Shown here: positions 1-8,943 of the stretch, in pieces | Layout: each line of letters opens with the position of its first letter | Position numbering within the stretch: the stretch's first letter is position 1 | Assembly: GCA_031278835.1 (NCBI GenBank) | Contig: JAITJP010000028.1 | Coordinates: 1 to 53,606 of the forward strand | DNA length: 53,606 nt | Direction of reading: 5' to 3' | DNA from: Deltaproteobacteria bacterium | GTDB lineage: Bacteria; Desulfobacterota; Desulfarculia; Adiutricales; Adiutricaceae | Translations under genes and position numbers: made by a program | The notes under the pieces: generated by a model | Database searches by the model: none | What the model was told of the DNA's origin: nothing | Seen by the model: the letters and a program-made list of their open reading frames with translations, nothing else

Positions 1-114
1 TTTCATCGAGTCCGGCCCTGGGCCAAGAAACAGAAGCTTATCTCATCGATTCCGGCCCTTGGCCAAGAAAAAGAAGCTTATCTCATCGATTCCGGCCTTT
101 GGCCAAGAAAAAGA
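1..114. repeat. About 2.9 tandem copies of a 40-bp unit (tctcatcgattccggcccttggccaagaaaaagaagctta), possibly continuing upstream of the window
   Basis: Copies read directly at 1-40 (diverged), 41-80 and 81-114. The array ends about 35 nt before the ATG at 149. Confidence 0.85.
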
Positions 115-148
115 TGCCAATTTTTTGAAGCTCTCATGGGAGGGTGCC

Positions 149-649
149 ATGTCCGACACTGTCTACATCGACGCCGTGGAAAATTTACCTAGGAAGACTT
201 TGGTCGGCTATTGCTCGATCCTCAATTCCAAGGAAGTGTCGCAATATTACGACCTTTTATGGTTTAAGTTTCTTGAGCGGCTCTCCTGGACCTTGATCCC
301 TCAAGAGCGGGACCTATACGGGATTTGCGCTAACCTCAACATGAGGGGCTTTTTTGAATATTGGACCACGGTCGAGGTTTTGCCGGGAGATATCGTTCCC
401 GATGATTTGATTGCCATGCCCATGGACGCTGGGACTTATGGCAGTCGGGTGGAGCGGCCCGAAAGGCCTCTCCCCATCTTCTATAGCCGCCTGACGGAGT
501 ACTGGGAAACCCCCCCGGACTACGTCCTTAACTGGAACCAGCCCTTTTATGAGCTGTATAAACCCAATTGGGCTAAGCGCAACGCGGTCAAGATCTGCGT
601 TCCACTTTACGCCTCGATCATGGAGCACCAACGACGGATGTCCGGGTAA
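149..649 (+). CDS. GyrI-like / AraC-effector-binding-fold small-molecule-binding protein (tentative)
   Basis: The ORF track gives 59..649. The in-frame ATG at 149 is preceded by gggaggg (138-144). Size is about 166 aa. The YGIC...FEYWTTVEV...MPMDAGTYGS pattern resembles GyrI-like domains. The upstream TTG-initiated part is just the 40-bp repeat translated. Confidence 0.45.
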   Translation: MSDTVYIDAVENLPRKTLVGYCSILNSKEVSQYYDLLWFKFLERLSWTLIPQERDLYGICANLNMRGFFEYWTTVEVLPGDIVPDDLIAMPMDAGTYGSRVERPERPLPIFYSRLTEYWETPPDYVLNWNQPFYELYKPNWAKRNAVKICVPLYASIMEHQRRMSG

Positions 650-718
650 CCGGATTAACGGGACCCAGTTGAAGTAAGAGCGGGAATATTAAGAACAAAG
701 CTTTAAATCTGGGTCTCG

Positions 719-921
719 AGGTGACCTTGTGACTTAAAACTAATAGGTGAGCGCGTTACGGTAAAAAAGTTTTTGATGGTACTTGATTTCACCAAAAAAT
801 TCTGATAGATATAAAAGGCCAAACGTTAGTTCGAGATAAACGAAAAGGTCGGAAGGGACGAAAACGGTTAGACGGTTACGGCGCGAGCGTTTCACTTGGA
901 TTTAAGACCACAAGGTCACCT
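719..921. repeat. Perfect 13-bp inverted repeat (aggtgaccttgtg at 719-731, cacaaggtcacct at 909-921) enclosing 177 nt
   Basis: Read directly. The enclosed segment has no ORF and contains gttacgg/cgcg-rich sub-repeats (about 748-763 and 874-895). Confidence 0.6.
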
Positions 922-2608
922 GATAAATGCCAGAAAGGGTCATAGAATCCTTTAAAGTCTGAAGAACCTAGTCGATTTAAAAAATGTGAGGTTTTGTTAA
1001 GTAAAATTAGGTTTAGTTAAATTTTTTAAAGTAAAGGTAGCTTTGGTTTTATTTATTAAACATTAACCCGGCACTATATAAATTATAAATGATACGATAA
1101 AATAGGCTTAATAACGAATTTTAGACAGACGTAATGATGAGATAGCAATTAGTTATAAAAAAAATAACGTTAAACGTATTTAAGCGATATTTAGAGTGAT
1201 AGATAGAAAATTTAAAAAATAACCACAAATTGGAATTGATAAATAGCTTATTTATATAGTGTTTGATATTTATAGACTATAAAATGGTTATTTTGGTACG
1301 CTAAAGTCGATAAGGTACAATCTAAGTCCTCAGCGATGAATTTTAGACTGGGGTGATATGGTACAAGGCATTCTTTTTAATTTAACAACATATTGATTAT
1401 GATGCTGACCTTCGCTAATTTATAACATGTATAATTAATGCCAAGGTACTATATTTCACTTTTGTTAAGCGTAAGATTAGGTAGATGTCCTCGCAAAGAA
1501 GCATTGGTTACATACATCTCCTAGGCTATCCCATTGGTTCTATGACCCTGGCTTAAGTCCTTTGGTCACTCTTAGGCCGCCAGGGTTTGGGGCCGTCAAT
1601 CCCGGGAAGCTACACCATTTGATAGTCTGAATAAACTTAAGACCTCTGTATCTTTGGTTTTAAGGCGCCTTTGGGTAAGGATGACCAGGCCAGGTAAAAG
1701 CTTACTCCGCTATATTTGCCTTTAAAACTAGTTTTTAAGAAAAGAATATAGATATCTTAAGTTTTTGTAAAGTCCCCTTTGGGTAATAAATCGCTTAGCG
1801 ATTTAAGTTTACCTAAATGTTTTTTTATATCCCACAAGGTTTTAAAAAAAGATTATAATTTTCTCAACTTGTCGTGACGACGACTTTTAGAATGACCGGT
1901 CGGCTTATTTGAACTTTGTTTATGATAGTTTTTATTAACCTTTAAAAGAGCGAATCGGTAAGTCCACTATTTTACTTGATTTAAACTCGAACTATTTTAA
2001 AAATTTAAGGAGAGTGAATATTTAATGGTAACTTACCCTGGGATCTTGGAATAAACCCTAGAGGGCCTTTCCCAGACCAAGTCAGAAGCCGGTAAACTTA
2101 TGACTTGAATTTTTATAATAAAAGGGTAAGATCAATTGCCAGCTCAGTGGGCCCGGTGAGCCCAGCCTAACGGCTGATAGCTGAGCTTAATAAATCGACT
2201 TTTCGGTCATGGGAAAGAGGCTCCCTTAATAGGCTTCTAGACTAACGCCCGTGCACGGCCGTTCGTTAATAAGCCTAGCCAGATAGCCCGTTATGACTAA
2301 TGATTCTGGAGGATTCAGAATGGCCAAAAGGCGAACTCTATGGTAATCTACCTCGCCGGAGCGATCGGCCGGCGATAAGATGACCAAAGCTGACCTGACT
2401 ATTTTGGGTCAGTTGATTTGAACGTTTGGAAATAAAAACCTTAGCGTCCGGCCTAAGGGGTCCTGGCTTACCCAAAGCCGCCTGACCCCAAAGAATTTAA
2501 GGCTTTTGCTTTCAAGCCCCAATGAAAAAAGGGCTTGGCCGAGCCGCTCAAAATAAAAAAGGCCTGGGTTTTTCTTTCTGAATTTGAAGGTTGCTTGGGA
2601 TATTTGCT

Positions 2609-3292
2609 ATGACCTCTAAACAAAAGGTGGATCCAAAATATAAAATTTTTGGAGACGTCGTAAGTTTACCTCTTTATGAAGATTCCTCCAAGACCAAGGA
2701 CCATATCATCTTGGAATCGACGATATTGTTTGCCAAAAAAGGCTTCGACGCCGTCTCGATTAGAGACATCGCCGCCGTCATAGGCATCAAGCCATCGAGT
2801 TTATATAATCATTTTGAGAGTAAGGAAGCTTTATTTGACGCCGTCATCAAGCACGCTGAGGATCTATACCTTTTATATTTTCAGCACCTTGATTCCATGA
2901 TCAAAGCTTCAGGCACGTTTTCGGAAATCCTGGATGTCATTTTTTTAGAGCCAATTAAAATGTCCAATACCTTTACGTGCTATGCCTTTTCTTTAGTTCA
3001 GACCGAGCAATTTCGTTACAACCGGGCCTCGATGATTTTTACCAATACCTTCTTGGAATATAGCATCAACTTCTTTAAGAAGCACTTTGACGATTGCGTA
3101 GCCAAGGGCTTATGTCAGCCTTTCGATTGCCGGACCGTCTCCATGGTCATCATGCATAGCGTCCTGATTGGCATTAACCTCCGGGTTCACGAATACCTGG
3201 AACAGCATCCGCCCTACTCCTTTGCTGAGATGTTTAACGACCTTAAGCATTTTATCATGCGAATCGCCTGTCCCGAGGCCTACGAGGACTAA
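2609..3292 (+). CDS. TetR/AcrR-family transcriptional regulator
   Basis: N-terminal HTH signature ILESTILFAKKGFDAVSIRDIAAVIGIKPSSLYNHFESKEALF. ATG at 2609 lies inside ORF 2591..3292. About 227 aa, a typical TetR size. Confidence 0.8.
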   Translation: MTSKQKVDPKYKIFGDVVSLPLYEDSSKTKDHIILESTILFAKKGFDAVSIRDIAAVIGIKPSSLYNHFESKEALFDAVIKHAEDLYLLYFQHLDSMIKASGTFSEILDVIFLEPIKMSNTFTCYAFSLVQTEQFRYNRASMIFTNTFLEYSINFFKKHFDDCVAKGLCQPFDCRTVSMVIMHSVLIGINLRVHEYLEQHPPYSFAEMFNDLKHFIMRIACPEAYED

Positions 3293-3944
3293 GGCTAAGC
3301 CCAGAGCCGAAAGGGATAATGACTTTTCCCCTAAAGGGCGGCCTTAAGCCTAAATTCAAATGGTCAAAGGCGACCTGGCTTTATTTGACTAGGGGCCGTT
3401 TAAGGCCAATAGAAATTTTTACGATAATGACAAGATATTCTCAAGGTTAGGTGCAACAAAGAGATTTTAAATGGAAGGGTTAATTTATAGGTAGAAATTT
3501 TAACCTATTTCCGTTACAAGTTTTAAAGGCGCTAGATAAGTTGGTTTTTTTTACTACTAGTGTAAATTTAGCTTAAAATAGCTATTTTATACTTGGTAGA
3601 GGGATTTTTTGGCCCTAATAAAATGTCGATAATTGTAAGTCATTTCAAATGTTTAATTATCGAACCGCGGTCATTGGCTATTTAGGCTCAGGATAAAAGG
3701 CCGGTTTTTTGGGAGTTTAGACTCTAGGGTTAAAAAAAACCTCGGTTTTTTTAGGCGCTTAGGCCCTAGGCTCAGTTATTAAACCGATATTGCTTATGAT
3801 GGGCTTGTTTATTTAATGGTTTAAGAATAGATATCCATGTATAGATATCTAAAAAGAAAAAAAGATTTGTAAAATTCTGATTCTAAGATCTATATCATGA
3901 AATAATATTTGATTATAGGTTTTAGTTAATCAAAAAACAATTTA

Positions 3945-3991
3945 AATACACTAAGTGTATTATATATTATTACTTTTTTTAAAAAAGTAAT
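3945..3991. promoter_or_regulatory. Two adjacent palindromes just upstream of the second TetR gene, candidate operators
   Basis: aatacact-a-agtgtatt (3945-3961) and attactttttt-t-aaaaaagtaat (3969-3991). They are followed by GGAG (3999-4002) and the ATG at 4010. Confidence 0.35.
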
Positions 3992-4009
3992 TGTGTTTGG
4001 AGCCTTTAA

Positions 4010-5836
4010 ATGTGCAATAAGCAAGTAGATCGGTTTTTTCAACTCTTTGAAGATGATGTCACCGATAAGGTTTCCATGGATATGCCCATGACCAAAGCCA
4101 AACTGCTCATGGAATCCATGATCATGTTTTCCGAGCGAGGCTACGATGGCATTTCCGTTAGGGATATTTCCGACGCGGTGGGTATCCAGACCTCGTCTTT
4201 GTACAATCACTTCAAGTGCAAGCAGGAACTCTTGGAGGTGGCCATCGAGCTGTCCTCAAACCTTTACTACCTCTACCTAAACTGCGTGATGGAAAAATAC
4301 AATAAGGCCGTCACCTTGATCGACATGCTCGACGCCGTGGTTCAGGATCCCAAGAAGGCCTTTAACGCCACCTCATGTTACGCGCTTTCTCTGGTTCACT
4401 GCGAAAAATATCGTAACCCCCGATCGGCCAAGGTCTACGCCAATATCTTCATCGATCATAGCGTCCAATTCTACAGGAATATTTTCCTGGATCTGGTGGC
4501 CAGAGGGGCTTGCTCCGATTTTGACACTAAAACGGCGGCCATTATTGTTAATAACGCCTTCCATACGGCCATTAGCCTATCCATGCAAGATTATCTTGGC
4601 TTTAGGCACGAACCCGATTTCTCGGAAATGGTCTACGGGATTAAGGAACTCATCTTAAAGCAAGTTTATCCAGGCGGAAAAATTAGCGACTTTGACGAAA
4701 AGGAAGCCCCGCGTCTGCCCCCTTTTCCCAAGGAGATGATGAATTTCCAAAAGACCGGTGAGGCCATGGATTCGGCTCAAGGCCAAGACCTTGAGAAGAT
4801 GATGTCTCACTTCTCGCCCGAGCTTGGCCAGGTTTTTTCCGACCATCTCGATAGCTACTTAAAGCTGATCAAAGCCGACTGTGGGGAGTTAACCAACTTT
4901 CAGATAGGAAACGAAAGCCAAACGGTCATTCAATTTTTAAAGGAAAATTATTTAGAATCCGTGGCTAGCCAAGCCACCAACTTAGAACAAGCTATGCTAA
5001 TCACGAAAGCCATGGAAGCCCACGCGGAGAACTGGACCAAGCTCAAAGAGAGCATCCAGAAAAAGATCAAAAACGCCGAGATCAAGATCCAAGACATCTT
5101 CGCCGTCTTCCTCACCATCGAAAAGGAGTATGAGCGGGTCTACAAGCGCCATTACGAATATAGCCTAACCAATAGCCGTCCGGCTGAGGTTAGCGCTAGG
5201 CTAGTCGAGAGTTTACAGGCCTCCATGAAAACCGTCTTTGGCCTTCTGGAAAAGGCCGACCCGGGCCGCCCGGCCGTCGGCGAGCAGGCTCTGGAGACGG
5301 TCAGCCTGGTCGCCTCCGAAAGGGACCCAGCCGAGCTTAAGAGCCGGCCAAGCCCTGGGGGCCCCTCGGATAAAGAGCTAGTCTATGGCGCCCAGATCTT
5401 GTCTTCAAAAAAAGTCGAGTTGGCCATCGACTCCTTACTCAATGACATGATGGTGAACCAAGCCATGACTCGAGGAAAAGGTGACAAAATGTTAGAGAAC
5501 TTAACCCCTGAAAAAGACGGGAAAGGACTCGAAGTGAGGGAGCCTGGTTCGGGCTTTTTCAGCCAAAGGAAATCTTATGGAAACGGTTCGCTGAAACGGA
5601 CCGATCACAAAAACTTGGACGTTTTCGTCAAGGTTAACGGCAAAATCGTGAAGCGCCCCGAACCGAGACTTGAGCCAATCCAGCCCATGCCCACCATGCC
5701 CAAGGACGAGCGCCGGGAACCCGACAGCCAAGCCACTAGGTCCCTGGCCCCGAAGGCCGAACTCGACGACCTGCCCTTAAAGTCCGAGATCTGGAGCGCC
5801 GCCGAGGTCATGTGTAAAAATAAAACCAGGAGCTAA
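4010..5836 (+). CDS. TetR-family regulator paralog with a ~380-aa C-terminal extension of unknown function
   Basis: Residues about 25-225 parallel the 2609..3292 protein (LMESMIMFSERGYDGISVRDISDAVGIQTSSLYNHFKCKQELL). The rest is helical/charged and then Pro/Gly/Lys-rich, with no motif I recognise. GGAG lies 7 nt upstream of the ATG. Confidence 0.7.
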   Translation: MCNKQVDRFFQLFEDDVTDKVSMDMPMTKAKLLMESMIMFSERGYDGISVRDISDAVGIQTSSLYNHFKCKQELLEVAIELSSNLYYLYLNCVMEKYNKAVTLIDMLDAVVQDPKKAFNATSCYALSLVHCEKYRNPRSAKVYANIFIDHSVQFYRNIFLDLVARGACSDFDTKTAAIIVNNAFHTAISLSMQDYLGFRHEPDFSEMVYGIKELILKQVYPGGKISDFDEKEAPRLPPFPKEMMNFQKTGEAMDSAQGQDLEKMMSHFSPELGQVFSDHLDSYLKLIKADCGELTNFQIGNESQTVIQFLKENYLESVASQATNLEQAMLITKAMEAHAENWTKLKESIQKKIKNAEIKIQDIFAVFLTIEKEYERVYKRHYEYSLTNSRPAEVSARLVESLQASMKTVFGLLEKADPGRPAVGEQALETVSLVASERDPAELKSRPSPGGPSDKELVYGAQILSSKKVELAIDSLLNDMMVNQAMTRGKGDKMLENLTPEKDGKGLEVREPGSGFFSQRKSYGNGSLKRTDHKNLDVFVKVNGKIVKRPEPRLEPIQPMPTMPKDERREPDSQATRSLAPKAELDDLPLKSEIWSAAEVMCKNKTRS

Positions 5837-5889
5837 CCAACCAGCTTAGCCAGAGCCGAGACCAACCAAACAGAGCCGAAACGAATAAA

Positions 5890-5920
5890 AGCCTCTCCCA
5901 GCCTGGGGGAGGCTTTTTTC
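5890..5920 (+). terminator. Putative intrinsic terminator after the long TetR gene
   Basis: agcctctccc-agcct-gggggaggct stem followed by tttttt. Confidence 0.5.
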
Positions 5921-6160
5921 GTTTCGAAAATAAGCTTAGCCCTTAATAGGAACTCGGGATTTTTTCTGTCAAGGTTGCGAAATGGGTGGGGAAAGGTATA
6001 TGATAGGCCCGGTTTGGGGCTGATGGTCGTAAATGAGGGGGAGATCATGATGATTTAGAACTGGTTTATAAATAGTTTTGCTTTTATTAAACCTTTGTTA
6101 GGCAATCTTGGATGATTGGCTATTTTATGGGGCTTTGGTGATTTGAAAGGAGCTATGGGC

Positions 6161-7168
6161 ATGAAGGCTCAGTTAAAACCGCGCCTAGATTTATTTGACC
6201 GGCTGGAACTTAGAAAAGTCATCCCCTTGGTGACGCCCTATGTCATCTACATCGACCCTTGCGACCAGTGCAATTTTCAGTGTAAGTTTTGCCCAACCGG
6301 TGATCGGGAATTAATGAAAAAAATTCCCGGCCGCCAGCATGGCCCCATGGAGTTTGAAAAATTTAAAAAACTCATTAAGGCGGTTAATGAGTTTGAAGAA
6401 AAGGTCAAGGTCATTAGGCTCTATAAGGACGGCGAGCCGCTTTTGAATCCCAGGCTGGCTGACATGATTAGCTTCGCCAAAGAGGCCAACTGCTGCGAAA
6501 AAATCGACACCACCACCAACGCCTCGCTTTTGAGCCCGGCCTTAAGTAGGAGCCTAATTGAGGCCGGATTGGATAGGATAAATATCTCAGTTGAGGGCAT
6601 TAACGCGGCCCAGTACCAGGATTTTTCCGGCATTAAGCTCGACTATGACAAATTCGTAAAAAACATCGCTTATTTTTATGAACACCGCCAGGGCTGCGAG
6701 ATGAACATCAAAATTAACGGCGATATTTTGACCGAAGAACAAACCAAGCATTTTTTCAAGACTTTTGGCGACATCACCGATGGCATTTTTATCGAGCACG
6801 CCATTGATTACTGGCCGACCTTCAAGCAAGAGAAAGTTGAGATTAACCAAGACATAGGCATTTTGGGCCACCAGGCCAAGGAAGTTAAAGTTTGCCCCTA
6901 TGTTTTTTATGAAATGGCCATTAATTCCGATGGCAGCTATAGCATGTGCCGCTTTGATTGGAAAAGGGTCTTGATTTTGGGTCGGGACATGGGCATTTAC
7001 GCCTCGCCAAAAAAGATTTGGAACAGCATTATTTTGTGGAGTTTTCAGCAGAGATTTTTGCGCTTGGAGCGCGATTCTTTCTTTTACTGCGCCAATTGCG
7101 GGGAGATGAAACAAGGCCTTACCGAGGATCTCGATGAATTTGCCGAGGAACTTTTGGAAAAAATGTGA
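6161..7168 (+). CDS. Radical SAM enzyme (MoaA/NifB/PqqE-like core with Cys-rich, SPASM/twitch-like C-terminus)
   Basis: CX3CX2C cluster motif CNFQCKFC. GEPLL and TTTNASLL core motifs. C-terminal Cys residues (VCPY..., SMC, YCANCG). Start chosen at ATG 6161, 8 nt after aaggag; ATG 6155 or TTG 6116 are alternatives. Confidence 0.8.
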   Translation: MKAQLKPRLDLFDRLELRKVIPLVTPYVIYIDPCDQCNFQCKFCPTGDRELMKKIPGRQHGPMEFEKFKKLIKAVNEFEEKVKVIRLYKDGEPLLNPRLADMISFAKEANCCEKIDTTTNASLLSPALSRSLIEAGLDRINISVEGINAAQYQDFSGIKLDYDKFVKNIAYFYEHRQGCEMNIKINGDILTEEQTKHFFKTFGDITDGIFIEHAIDYWPTFKQEKVEINQDIGILGHQAKEVKVCPYVFYEMAINSDGSYSMCRFDWKRVLILGRDMGIYASPKKIWNSIILWSFQQRFLRLERDSFFYCANCGEMKQGLTEDLDEFAEELLEKM

Positions 7169-7375
7169 TTTTGAGTAAAAACTGGCCCAGGAACTTTGAA
7201 AATAAAAAAATAAAAAAAAATTTTTTTTTATTTTTTGGTTGTGGTAAGATTGAACCATCGAAGAAGATTTTGGCTTGGTTAAGAAAAGAATTGGGCTGGT
7301 TTTTGGCCATTTGGCTTTGTCTTTTTTGCCGCGTTTTTGACACAATTGGTTTTGGACTAATCAGTCATTCTGAAG

Positions 7376-7416
7376 GTCGAAGGCATCCACCGGGATGTGA
7401 CTTCGGCTTTTTTTTT
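7376..7416 (+). terminator. Putative intrinsic terminator about 210 nt downstream of the radical SAM gene
   Basis: Outer stem gtcgaag/cttcggc and inner stem catcc/ggatg, followed by a T9 run (7408-7416). Confidence 0.45.
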
Positions 7417-7442
7417 AGCCTCGGCTTGGTTTTAGTTTTTTT

Positions 7443-7465
7443 ATGAAAGTCGTCGAGACTTTCAT
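7443..7465. promoter_or_regulatory. Perfect 9-bp-stem palindrome atgaaagtc-gtcga-gactttcat in the metY upstream region
   Basis: Read directly. It lies 128-150 nt upstream of the metY ATG. No T-run follows on either strand, so it is not a terminator. Confidence 0.3.
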
Positions 7466-7592
7466 TGGCTGGGGTGTTAAAGTTTTATCATGAGCGTTTT
7501 TTGTGGGTGATTTTACCCGTTTTTCATAGTTTTGGAATTGACTAAGCCAGTTGGTAAATTTAGTTAGTTTGGTTCCAAACTTGGGAGGAATA

Positions 7593-8891
7593 ATGTCCGA
7601 AGAAAGAAAGTATCGTCTGGAGACTTTGGCCGTCCACGCCGGGCAGGAAGAAGTCGATCCCGTGACCTTGGCTAGGGCCGTGCCGATTTACCGAACCACG
7701 GCCTATAAGTTTAAAAACAGTCAGCATGGGGCCGATCTGTTTGCCTTAAAGGAGCTTGGCAACATTTACGCTAGGCTCATGAACCCCACCAATGACGTTT
7801 TGGAAAAGCGCCTGGCCGCTTTGGAGGGCGGGGCGGCCGGTTTGACCTTGGCCAGCGGCACGGCGGCCGTTTACTTTGCCATCACCAATATCCTAAAGTC
7901 CGGCGACGAGCTGGTCAGCGCCGTAAATCTCTACGGCGGCACCTACACCATGTTTGACGCCATCTTGCCCCAATCCAACAACATCACGGTGCGCTTTACC
8001 CCGGTAAATGACGAAAAAGCCGTGGAGGCGGCCATAAATGAGAAGACCAGGGCCATCTTCATCGAGACCATTGGCAATCCGGTTTTGGACGTGGCCGACT
8101 TGGAACTCTACGCCAGGCTGGCTAAAAAGCACCATTTGCCCCTGTTGGTCGATTCGACCTTTACCCCACCCTCGCTTTTAAGGCCCATCGAGTACGGGGC
8201 CGACGTGGTCATTCATTCCCTGACCAAGTGGATCGGCGGTCACGGGGCCGGCATTGGCGGGGCCATCGTGGACGCCGGGAAATTCGACTGGTCCGATCCT
8301 AAGTTTGAGCTTTACAACACCGGCGATCGCGGTTACCACGGCCTTAAATTTGGCACCGACCTGGGGCCCCTGAGCCCGATCGCCTTTGCCCTAAGGCTTA
8401 GGACGGTCGGTTTAAGAAACCAAGGGCCCACCTTGGCTCCGGACGCCGCCTGGGTCTTTTTGCAGGGTGTTGAGTCTTTGCCCTTAAGGGTGGCCCGTCA
8501 CAGCGAAAACGCCCTAAAGGTGGCCGAGTATTTAAAGGCCCAGCCCAAGGTGACCTGGGTCCGCTACCCAGGCCTGGCCGGCGATCCGGCCAATGCCTTG
8601 GCTGACAAGTATTTGCCCAACGGGGCCGGCGGCATGGTGGTCTTTGGGGTTAAGGGCGGCCGAGAGGCGGCCATTAAGCTGGTCGATAACATTAAGCTTT
8701 TTACCATCTTGGCTAACGTCGGGGACGCCAAGAGCTTAATCATTCACTCCAGCTCGACCACCCACTCCCAGCTCTCCGGAGAGGCCCAGAAGTCCGGCGG
8801 CCTGGAAGAGGATCTGGTCAGGCTGTCCATTGGTATCGAGCACATCGATGACATCATCGGGGCCCTGGAGGAGGTTTTAAAAATCGTCTAG
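7593..8891 (+). CDS. metY: O-acetylhomoserine sulfhydrylase (PLP-dependent Cys/Met metabolism family)
   Basis: RLETLAVHAGQ...AVPIYRTTAY...GNIYARLMNPTNDVLEKRLAALEGG and the PLP-lysine region SLTKWIGGHG. ATG at 7593 follows gggagga. Confidence 0.9.
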   Translation: MSEERKYRLETLAVHAGQEEVDPVTLARAVPIYRTTAYKFKNSQHGADLFALKELGNIYARLMNPTNDVLEKRLAALEGGAAGLTLASGTAAVYFAITNILKSGDELVSAVNLYGGTYTMFDAILPQSNNITVRFTPVNDEKAVEAAINEKTRAIFIETIGNPVLDVADLELYARLAKKHHLPLLVDSTFTPPSLLRPIEYGADVVIHSLTKWIGGHGAGIGGAIVDAGKFDWSDPKFELYNTGDRGYHGLKFGTDLGPLSPIAFALRLRTVGLRNQGPTLAPDAAWVFLQGVESLPLRVARHSENALKVAEYLKAQPKVTWVRYPGLAGDPANALADKYLPNGAGGMVVFGVKGGREAAIKLVDNIKLFTILANVGDAKSLIIHSSSTTHSQLSGEAQKSGGLEEDLVRLSIGIEHIDDIIGALEEVLKIV

Positions 8892-8914
8892 GGCCATAAA
8901 AAAATGGCCAAGCC

Positions 8915-8943
8915 AAAAAACCCCGGCCTGGCCGGGGTTTTAT
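8915..8943. terminator. Bidirectional intrinsic terminator between convergent metY and lgt
   Basis: aaaaaa-ccccggcc-tg-gccgggg-tttt. The A-tract and T-tract flank a GC stem. Confidence 0.7.

Noticed and set aside
59-148. TTG-initiated N-terminal extension (MAKKKKLISSIPAFGQEK...) of the first ORF
   Set aside because: This part is simply the translated 40-bp tandem repeat. A good SD plus ATG at 149 gives a protein of normal length for the fold.
2302-2323. tmRNA-like 5' fragment (gattctgga...)
   Set aside because: Only a 9-nt coincidence with the tmRNA 5' consensus. There is no tag reading frame and no tRNA-like acceptor or T-arm. It forms a simple local hairpin instead.
650-2608. Prophage, IS or integrative-element remnant
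   Set aside because: There are no integrase, transposase or tRNA target features and no long terminal repeats beyond the 13-bp inverted repeat. I kept it as an unexplained non-coding region rather than calling a mobile element.
6587-7446. ORFs 6587..7345 (-), 7119..7343 (-) and 7165..7446 (+)
   Set aside because: They are antisense to, or overlap, the well-supported radical SAM gene. They also run through an A/T-homopolymer palindrome. Their translations are low-complexity (K/F-rich) with no RBS.
7417-7592. SAM/S-box riboswitch upstream of metY
   Set aside because: I could not find the conserved SAM-I core elements or SAM-II-like motifs by eye. Only small generic hairpins are present. A covariance-model scan is needed to be sure.
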